A stretch of DNA of 64,000 nucleotides from positions 138,384,001 to 138,448,000 of the forward strand of contig NC_042999.1 in the NCBI RefSeq assembly GCF_006345805.1, in the 5' to 3' direction. The notes beneath the pieces are model-generated. The model was not told the origin of the DNA. It searched no databases and saw only the letters and a list, made by a program, of their open reading frames with translations. Shown here one piece after another: positions 54,379 to 64,000 of the stretch (positions are counted from its first letter, which is position 1; the number at the start of each line of letters is the position of its first letter). The translations under genes and the position numbers were made by a program. This DNA is from Octopus sinensis. Taxonomy: Eukaryota.

Positions 54379-54481
54379 TTATGATGATTTCTTTTAAAAT
54401 CTCAGTTATTTCGAAGCTTCTGGCTTTCTCTTATACATTTCATTGTACACTCACTGTACATCATGCATACATACATACGAT

Positions 54482-54517
<36 letters not shown>

Positions 54518-54533
54518 TATATAGTTGAGCGAT

Positions 54534-54843
54534 TAGCCACATCAAAGTGGCAGATGAATGTTACTACTTGTTTAATTCCAGGTGGGTTCTCCATCTGCTG
54601 GTTTTCGGTGCAAGCCCTTCGCCCTTTATATACAATATATCGCTAGTAGAGGTAGCGAATCCTTACTATCCTTCAGCAGCTGACAGGTTCGCGGGACCGG
54701 CCAGTTTCGAGCTATTTGGCTCACATCAGCCGCGCGATATATTGTATATAAAGGGTGCAAAGCTTGCACCGAAAACCAGGTGGCGGAGGATCTGCCTGGG
54801 GTTAAACTAGTGGTAACATTCATCGGCCACTTTGATGTGGCTA
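54534..54843. mobile_element. 310-bp foldback element: 110-bp inverted arms around a 90-bp spacer containing a hammerhead motif
   Basis: Arms 54534-54643 and 54734-54843, 93/110 identical, no indels. Confidence 0.85.
54690..54734 (-). ncRNA. Type I hammerhead ribozyme motif (one core change, A9>U)
   Basis: CGCGG CTGATGT GAGC CAAATA GCTC GAAA CT GGCC GG TC CCGCG: 5-bp stem I, 4-bp stem II, stem III with palindromic GGCC loop, GUC cleavage triplet. Confidence 0.78.
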
Positions 54844-54920
54844 CTGGCGTTACTGTTTAGTGTACATTAATACTCTATGTCTTCTTGATATTTTATAAAT
54901 AGCTATTTTGCTTATATATG

Positions 54921-54997
<77 letters not shown>

Positions 54998-55642
54998 TGT
55001 GTAAGCGCGCGCATATGTATACATGCAGACACATACACATGCATGCATATATTCATAAGCGTTGTAAAAGGTTGATTTTGATTGGACATGGTTTGAGAAA
55101 CAGAATATACTTATGGCAACTGTTTTGAATTATGAAAGTCATGGCACAGATCCTTATCGTATTTGGGGAGTTTTACAAAAGCATACATTTCAGAAGTTAA
55201 TGATGCAACGTGAGATTTAGAGAAGCTGCTGACTTTGTCATACAGGAAGTCTAATGACGAATGAGGATTGGCTAGTTTTGAGTGCACATCTCTGACTTTG
55301 TGGGCTAAAGAAGGAAACAAGGTTTTGGCGAAGAGAATATACATTATACATACATGTATATAAGAGTGTATGAGCGTATGTGTGTACGTATGTGTGTGTT
55401 TAACTTCGTAAACCATATCGCTTAACTGAATTATATATACTCTAATTATGTTCAACGACCAAATAATTTACCTTATAATACCCTGTAATAATTGTGATTT
55501 TAGTTGAATGTCACTAATAGAATGGGATCTAACTAAATACTGCGGGGGTTTTTATACTGAGTGTATAATAGGTTCAAGTATGGCGGTATTGTAAGAAGTT
55601 TGCTTCCCAACCATTTGGTTCCGGGCTCAGTCCCGTTGCGTG

Positions 55643-55728
55643 GCACCTTGGGTATCTTCTACTATAGCTGCAGGCCAATTAAATTTTTGTGAGTGGATAT
55701 GGTCGATGAAACCTGAAAGACGCCTGTC

Positions 55729-55774
<46 letters not shown>

Positions 55775-55953
55775 GCTCACAAAATGTTTGATACAAAAAA
55801 TGTGTGACGTTTTAACTACTTGTTTCTCCCCAGAATTTTAGAATATTTCTAATTATAATTGATCTATGCACCTTGGGTATCTTCTACTATAGCTGCAGGC
55901 CAATTAAATTTTTGTGAGTGGATATGGTCGATGAAACCTGAAAGACGCCTGTC

Positions 55954-56003
<50 letters not shown>

Positions 56004-56107
56004 TATATAATTGCTCACAAAATGTTTGATACAAAAAATGTGTGACGTTTTAACTACTTGTTTCTCCCCAGAATTTTAGAATATTTCTAATTATAATTGA
56101 TCTATGC
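55643..56107 (+). repeat. Near-identical tandem duplication (~225-240 bp x2) including part of a SINE B and an (AT)n tract
   Basis: Units start GCACCTTGGG at 55643 and 55868. Confidence 0.9.
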
Positions 56108-57420
56108 CCTGGGAATGAAACTAAACTGCATCCGGCTTATTCCCAAGTGCTCTCTGACCCGGGGAGGTAGTACCTGTCAGGGTGCAGTCTATAGGTTAAA
56201 TAGTTTTAGTGGCAAGGCATATTGAACAGACTCGACATACCCAAATCCTGAGTGCATGGACATGTCTTGTAGCATCCAGTAGCCCCACTCCAGCCTGGGT
56301 AGCTGTTCCTGTGTCTCCAAGGAAGGTTTTTGAACCAGAGGCTAGGAGGAGGAAACTCTGATATAAAACCTACAATCCAATGTTCTCGCTGTTACCGTCG
56401 TCCCAGTTTTCTGGGCCATGACAGATGAACCCGGATGTAAAGGACATGACCAATTCAGTGACCACTGATTTTCACCTAATAACTCTACTGCTCTGGCTCG
56501 GAGGCCAAGTCCCCAACCACCAATCATTCTAAGCCCTATAACGATGGGAAAGTGACGCAAACGGTAGATTGAAGATCACACTGGAAGTCGCAGTCCCAGT
56601 CTTGTATGTAGGCGGTTCAAGATATTTGTCGTCTGATGTTGACCCGGGGACGACGAATCGTTCAGTACACCTTGGATGAACAAGCAGCTTTCTTCAGAGA
56701 CAGGACAGTTTACTCCACATGGATAGGAGCTTAGAAATGGTGGTCTAAACATAGCTCATCTTGTACACCTCCAGCTGGCAAACAACGGGCATCTTCTCAA
56801 CATAAAAAAGGAAAAGATACGCACCCACCTGCAAGGATGTGAAAAGACTGAAAATCGCATGCTGGAACATCAGAACCATGCTAGACACAGCCGACAGCAG
56901 TCGTCTAGACTGCATGTTGACATAGCTGCTCCCAGTGAAGTCTACTATCCACAGGACAGCCGCCTTCAAGAATATGGCACTGCATACACTCTCTACTGGT
57001 CAGGCAAACCAGCAGCAGAGAGACGTATTTTGGACCTGTCTTCATGATCAGAAACTCTATTGTTTTCCATCTTGAAAACTTTCTAAGAGGTCATTCTGAC
57101 TGCATCATCTCTATGCACCTCCTACTTAGTAATGAGCAATATGTTATGCTCTTCAGTGTATGCTCCCCAACTCTTCAAGCAGATCGTGTATAAAAGGCCA
57201 AATTTTCCACTAATCAGCGCAATCTCTTACAAAATATTCTTGCAAACGACATGGTAATAATTCTTGGAGATTTCAACGCGAAAGTGATTCGAGATTCTAT
57301 AACCGAGAAAGGAATACTTGGTAGACATGGCATTGGTTGCTGTAACGACAACAGGTGTTTGCTGTTGGAGTTTTGCAGAGAGCAACAGCTCGTCACTACG
57401 GACACCATCTTCCAGCAGAA
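56108..57420 (+). mobile_element. RTE-clade LINE, 5' region and endonuclease domain, truncated
   Basis: LKIACWNIRTMLD, VDIAAPSEV, YTLYWSGKP, VIILGDFNAKV, GILGRHGIGCCNDN and LVTTDTIFQQK. Confidence 0.9.
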
Positions 57421-58574
57421 ATATTTTTCTCTAATTCTTAGTAGTTTCACTCTCTTTCACGACCTATTTTGGCTATGTGTTTCAGTTTAATTTGAAAACA
57501 TTTCAATGGATTTAGTAAAATAACTTTTCTATTATATAGCTGATGCTTGGAACATAATTTTACAAAAACAGATAAAAAAACTTATAATGGAATATTGCTA
57601 TTTCAATATAAATATCGGCGGTCTCAAGCTGTTTAGTTAAGTGATTTTCGTCGTTCAGTAAGCTGTAATTTACTTTTGTTTTATATTTTTCATTGTGTAT
57701 GCTTTTCAGGGTTGACCGTAACAAGCATTAGTTTATTTATTGTGTAAATAGACCCAGAAAGGTTGCAGTCTTAACACTGTGCACTGATCCATTTCGAAGC
57801 GAGTCTTATATGAATTAGAATAATGTTTGTTAATTAAGCGCATAATTCACGAGTAGCAGAGCTTGTTGGTTGCAAAGTTTCAGGATGTCCTTATACAACT
57901 GGGCTTATATCTTCTAACTAACATGTATCAATCTACCATTTTCTGACTAATAGTCATCTTTCTACTAGCGTCAGGAACGAAATAGTTCCTATTAATCTGA
58001 GCACTGAAATTCACAAGAATGAGTTGCATACTTAACGTTCTCATCAGTCATTAAGGTTCCAAACAAAATCACAATGACGACACTATATTCCTATTATGAT
58101 ATTTTGTTAGAGGATATACAATATCTTTATTATTAATTATAACTACAAGGATGTGGATTGGCAGAATCGTCTGAGTGTCGCAGTATTTAGTCTAGCTATT
58201 TACCTTCTGAGTTCAACTCCCATCCTTCTTGGGTTAAGTAAATTAGTTGTCAAGTAATGAGGTCGATTTCATGAACAGTTCTCTCATCCCAAATATGATG
58301 CCTTTAAGGTAGAAACTATGGGTTATAATCCCGCAGAGGTTATTTCTGCTGTTCATCTTTCCAGGGTTGAAAACATTAAGTACCAATCATTAACTTGAGT
58401 AGATTCAATGATACGCCTTTCCCGAATTTGTGACTAAGTACCTTTTTGGATTTCGTCCGTCTTTATGCTCTGAGTTCAAATGCCGCCACTGTCGGCTTTG
58501 CCTTTCGTCCTATCGATAAAATAAGTGCCAGTTGAGCACAGAGGTCAATGTAATCATCTAGCTGCCACCCCTTA

Positions 58575-58725
58575 AATGTCGAACGCTTTATCGCTGAATG
58601 AAACCCCTCCGCAGCATTATTTGTTCTGATTAACATTCCATACAGCTTTCGGGAATGTAGGTGGTTCTCTCCTTCGTATAGCATCACGTCCTCTCACAAT
58701 GACTTACAAAGTCAATCGAAGTGCC
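58575..58725 (-). mobile_element. Fragment of the same MULE family as 59846-61750
   Basis: RTNNAAEGFHSAIKR; DNA colinear with ~60290-60440. Confidence 0.75.
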
Positions 58726-59845
58726 TATAATAGAAAGGATTATTTGAAGTAATCATTTAAGCCGGCGGGCTGGGAGATTTGTTAGAGCGTCGGAAAAATT
58801 GCTTTGCTGTATTTCTACCGGCACTATACATTCTGAGTTCTAATGCTGCCAAGTCAGTTTAGCCTTTCATCCTTTCGGGATGGATAAAATAAACTACTAG
58901 TCAAATACTGGACCATTGGTATCGATCTAGCCAATCGTTAGATTATCTGGTCTTGTGCCTAAATTAGAAACCATTATTTTTGGTAATTATGGCAGGGGCG
59001 ATAGATAGCAGAATTCATAAAGCGACAAATAGAAGTTGAAATATATTAAAACAAGATATTATGAAAAGATAGTAAGCAGAAAATTGTTCTACACCTAATT
59101 CAGTCAATCTACTTTGAAACCCATACAAAATTCTAAGCAAATTCATTTGCCGTGAGGAGTGTACAATATAACACTTCGAACTTAGACCTTCCCTTCGTTT
59201 GGAAGTGTAGAAAGGAGTGGCTTTACCTTCTCCCAGCTCCAAACTACAATATGACGTTCTACCTTCCTTATCCTCATATAAGGTGGGGTTTCGAGCGTTA
59301 GATTATATACACTCCTTACAACAAATGAATTTATCAAACTCATCTGCTGACTTATTTGTTGTCAACATACAGAGCAACACCTGTTTCCTCGACTTCCGGA
59401 GTTTACCCTATTCTGCCCTGAAAAGTAATGGTTGCAGGTGTGGAGAAACCATTCTGTTCACCACTCATCTTTTTTTTTTTTTTCAGTTAGTCGTCAGAAA
59501 AAACGGACATACAATTGTTCTGGCTCAAAATCACTTCAAATCATCCGATACTCCCAAAATTCTTTCTAAACGCCAATCGTCGCTGGTGGTCATTCCATTA
59601 TATCCTGTTGTACATCAAGTTCTCTAAAAATAAAAATAATAACTCTTAGTTCTTCTAAGCTGTAAACGTTTGAAAGTAATTTCTACATAGATATGTTCAA
59701 TATAATCATCATCATCATCATCATCATTACTACTCAAATTCCGCTGAAGTCGACTTTGCTTTTCATTTTTTCGGGGTCGATAAAATAAATACCAGCTGAG
59801 TAATGGGGTCGATGTAATCGACTAGTCTCCCACCCACTAAATTTC

Positions 59846-61750
59846 TGTGACCCGACTTTTCGTCCGATGTTACTTTGTTCAACGTCACTTTGTCCACATC
59901 TTTTCGTCCGACGTATTTTTGTCCAACGACATTTTGTCCGATTTTAGATAAACTCTTTAGAAAACAAGGTGAACATGAAAATCAAATAATCATTGAGAAT
60001 TTTATTGATAGGCTTCAAGTAAAATACTGTCGGAAAACGTATTTAAAAAAAGTCCTTTTTAAAAAGTAATGATACAACTATTGATTTATTATGATCACTT
60101 AAAATTGATGCAAATTATATGCCATACACTTCAAAAAAAATATTCAGTGAACAATCTTTTGAGGCGTTCTGTTATTCTTCGATATCGTGTACATGAATTT
60201 GACGGATCTCCTCGAAAAACTTGAGTCATTTTACCTTGAACCTTCAGAGTTTTGATTAATTTCCAAATATTCAAATGTGCTCCACCTGCCAAACGCTTTA
60301 TCGCCGAGTGAAACCCATCCGCAGAATTATTTATTCTGATTAACATTCCATAATTATACAACTTTCGGGAATGTAGATGGTTCTCTCCTTCGTCTAGCAC
60401 TACGTACTCTCACAATGCCTTACAAAGTCAATCGAAATAAGCGATGAATTCAGCAGGTATTTATTCGTCGTCTATTTATTCTTCATAGACCTCTTTGACA
60501 TCTTCGACGAGTAGAAAGGCTAATACTGAAAAACATTGAATTCTAAGACAGAATTCAGGATCTTTATTGTATTTTACTTTGAGCCCTAAATCTGTAATTT
60601 TTCAAAATACTGATTGGCTCAAGTGAAACAAACATGACACAATAGATGAACTAGGGAATGATGAATTAAATGTCTTATGAACTGCAACTTCGAAATCTGC
60701 CATGAGATCAAGCGGATATGCATTAGGTTGCATAATTTTCAATTGCTCGAAAAATAATTCATATATCTGCTTTGTTTTATTCGGCAGTAATGCAAAGACC
60801 CATGGAAAACTGCTACCTTTAACTTGTACATGAATGCTAAACAGTTGAGATCACTGTTCTGACGCAATTTTGAACGTTCCATCACATGCCCAATGGCGAT
60901 ATGATGCTATATCCTGCAGAGCACTTTCTGATGCAAATACTTGTATGCGTTGTTGATCCGCGATACCCGAATCGTATCTCAGAAACTGCCTGCCATTATC
61001 AAGTTTACAATATTCACCAGGTATTTCAAAATCAGTTCTAGCCCCTGGATTAGCGAGAAATCCAGAATTTTTTTGTCGGCACCTTTGAACAATCCTGGAA
61101 AGTACAGGTAAACGAGGAAGTTGTGAGCAAGTATTTTCTGTTAGCTGCGTAAACATAGCCGTTATTATGCTACGCGAACTTGCTGCTAAGTTTTCTACCG
61201 CTTCATGCTTTATTTCTGCAACTGTTTTTCTAGCATTTAACGAATCTACTTCAGCTGGATGAAGGTACTCACTAGAAAGATAAATAATTTTCGGTTCATT
61301 GTTTTCCGTTATGATGTGAATTAGCACTGAGCATAGCCTTCTTTTCTCACATCTCCAGGATTTTTTTCCTAGTTTTGCATTGCTTGAATGAAAGTCGTAA
61401 TTGTAATTTCCTCAACTACTTTTCTTTTGTTTTCGGCCGACACTATGAACTATGTCATTTCGGGATGAGTAAATCAAAAATGTGTACACTCAATTTGCAG
61501 CACTCTCTATACACAGCTCCGTACTTAAGAGAGAGAAGGAAAAAGAGGAAGTAAAACTGTTAAGAGAGAAGGAAAAAGAACGATAATAACAATCCTAGAA
61601 TGAGGTTCGTTATAGTTCTGTGAATATATCATTAGAGATATTTCACCTTGTTTTCTAAAGAGTTTATTTAAAATTGGACAAAAATCGTTGGACAAAAAAA
61701 AATCATCTGGCAAAAAGACGAAGTAACATCGGACGAAAAGATATAGCACC
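59846..61750 (-). mobile_element. Mutator-like (MULE) DNA transposon, internally deleted
   Basis: ~120-bp TIRs built of TTTT(C)GTCC sub-repeats; FLYWCH-like N-terminus (SWRCEKRRLC), WACDGTFK first catalytic Asp, C-terminal INNSADGFH...HLNIWKLI; degenerate ~8-bp TSD with AAATTT core; splits a SINE A tail. Confidence 0.88.
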
Positions 61751-62172
61751 CAAATTTGAGGCTTTGTTCCTATAAAGTGGAGATGGCAGTATTGGTTGAG
61801 TGATTTCCATAATTACTTCAAATCCTACCGGGGTTACCATTTTTGTTACTCTAGAGTCGAATAAATAAATGCCAGTCATATGCTGGAGTTAGCTCAGTTG
61901 ATTTCACGTCTTCCGCACAAAAATTATGACCTAGAAATCGTTATCATTTTATCTGATAAACTACTGAATACATCCTGCCGCTCGATAGGTGTCTTGACAA
62001 CTTTTCAAATTGGATGAACATACTCTTAAGATACTTTTACATACCCTTACATACAAGTAAGTGTTTAGCTTAATCTTTTGAGTATAATAAAACAAACAGA
62101 AATGACATCGTTTTTATCGACATCATCCTTATCTTTAAAAAGTTTGTAATTTGTTTATATTTATTTTTATTA

Positions 62173-62679
62173 TATGGAAAATGCGAGCATGAAAAGTAAT
62201 ATTCTTAAGATTATAAATCTGAAAAAGTACAGGACAAGTTATTACACCTGTAAAAGTATAGGACAAGCTATTAGTTCTAGTAAAGAATAAGAAACTTTTT
62301 ACTTAAAATATTGCAGCAAAGAATGCCAGTTCTTATAATTTATCACTCTTAACAGTTCTCATATTCTAAATTTATTGTACAAAGCTGTTCAGCTAATTTC
62401 TAAGTTTGTCTAATTAGTCACTTATTACTGTATTTAAGGTAGTAAATTAGCCAAATTCTACTTAAATAAGTATAGTGTTATTTGTAAAATATAATAAAAT
62501 AAGTCTTAATATTCAAATTGTAATTTTAGCTGCAATATTTTAAGTAAAAAGTTTCTTAATCTTTACTTTACTAGAAGTAATAGCTTGTCCTATACTTTTA
62601 CAGGTGTAATAACTTGTCCTGTACTTTTCCAAGTTTATAATCTTAAGAATATTACTTTTCAGACTCGCGTTTTTCCATG
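62173..62679. mobile_element. MITE (507 bp) with ~145-150-bp TIRs and TA TSD
   Basis: Arms 62173-62317 and 62529-62679 are near-identical reverse complements; TA at 62171-62172 and 62680-62681. Confidence 0.88.
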
Positions 62680-63506
62680 TAATTCATTATTTTTTCCAGG
62701 CATTGCTGTTATAAGATAATTAATAATGTGTCAATTAATAATTTAAGATTTTACCTTATAAAATACTGAAGATAATGTTTAATTTAAATATATGTTGTGA
62801 TTGAATTATTTGATATTACCCATCCACACCAAATAAATGGCAAGGATTTTTACCATGTTGCTGGTTGCCCCATGGCTCACCAAAAGTTACAAACAACAAG
62901 ACCCCCAAAACCATCAGTTACCAGGCTCGCCTTAAGTAACCTAATTTTGCAATATTAAGAGGTCACAGGAATTCATTCAACGAAAAAAAAAATTCCAGTG
63001 ATTCTGGGATTGATGAGGGGGGGGGCGACCACCTCATTTTTTCCGAATAAAATTAGGGATTTGCAGCATATTAGGAGGTCAGGGTACTTGATTCCACGCA
63101 AAAAATCAGTTTTTTTTTCTTAGTGAAAATCGTGCGGGTGTTAATATAGAAATTTACCATAATGTTGCTATTTAGCCTCAAATCAACCCTGATACAGTAA
63201 ACCTATCATCAAAGACATTCCGGCCTTCAGAAACCGTCTTTTTAGGGATAATCTAAGACATTACATACAATGGGCGTGTGATTTAGGTATGGGATACCTT
63301 GGCTGCTATTTTAGCGTGTCGAGCGATCAGGTAGAGGCTCTTTCATTGGTTTGATTGCGTGATGAGATTGTTTTACACATATATGTAATATATATATATA
63401 TCATCGGCAGAAGTTAGAGAGTAAGTCAAAAGCCGAGAGTTTCGTGTTTTGGCACTTATCAAACACGAATTTATACATTGTCACCCTGTAACTTCTGACG
63501 AAGTAA

Positions 63507-63799
63507 CTTCTAAAATACAAAATTTTGTCAAAAACGTTAAGAGTAAATCCTGTTCTATGTGACACATTCTACCAGTATCAGAAGTTTGAAAGTGTTTAAT
63601 TTTTTAAAATTAATTAAATAATCTGCACGTCTAATTGAATAGATCCGAAATGTATGAAAGGCAAAGTCGACCTCGGCGGAATCTGAACTCAGAACGTAAA
63701 GACAGACGAAATACAGCTTCTAAAATAAAATTTTTTGTCAAAAACGTTAAGAGTAAACCCTTTTCTATGTGACACATTCTACCAGTATCGGAAGTTTGA
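63507..63799 (+). repeat. ~83-bp direct repeat (63507-63589 and 63717-63799) flanking a SINE A fragment
   Basis: CTTCTAAAATA...GACACATTCTACCAGTATC(A/G)GAAGTTTGA present twice. Confidence 0.8.
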
Positions 63800-64000
63800 T
63801 TTCACGTATGAGTTAACAAATAGATGAATTTAAAAATTTTACATAAATATGAATAGTTCGAATGATAACATATGCAAGACAACAATACAGAATGGAGTGG
63901 AGAGGCGGGATATGCTCGGACCCCACGACCCGTCTCACCACTGATGCTTTGGGTTCTTCCTGCGTTGTATTCATGTGGTTCCATCCATTCGTGCGACATT

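Noticed and set aside
59217-59627. 136-aa ORF and strong T-tract acceptor at ~59487
   Set aside because: No homology recognised and the downstream frame ends after 46 codons; unsupported
62830-63165. Possible MITE with ATGG(C/T)AA ends
   Set aside because: Terminal similarity is too short and degenerate, and no TSD was found

Overview
AT-rich animal genomic DNA, densely filled with microsatellites and decayed transposable elements. The SINE families look like those of octopod cephalopods; that taxonomic call is from recall, not from a search. I found no host protein-coding exon, tRNA, rRNA or CRISPR array that I can support, and most ORFs in the track are translated microsatellites. Recognisable coding relics are non-LTR retrotransposons (CR1, several Tx1/L1-clade pieces, RTE, and one R4/Dong-like restriction-like endonuclease end), two mariners, a maT/Tc1 C-terminus and a MULE. 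Non-coding elements include Helitron-like, hAT, mariner and Merlin-like MITEs and at least four tRNA-derived SINE families. The most interesting signal is a set of foldback elements carrying hammerhead-ribozyme (HHR) motifs. 54534-54843 has 110-bp arms around a type I HHR with one core change. 34803-35117 is a Penelope-like inverted insertion with an 11-bp TSD and a minimal HHR in each arm. 25683-25806 is a near-perfect 124-bp palindrome with an HHR-like core. A second theme is that different mobile families are each bounded by their own microsatellite type: (AAT)n, (TATC)n, (TATG)n and (AT)n. Coordinates were counted by hand; the ends of degraded elements are approximate.
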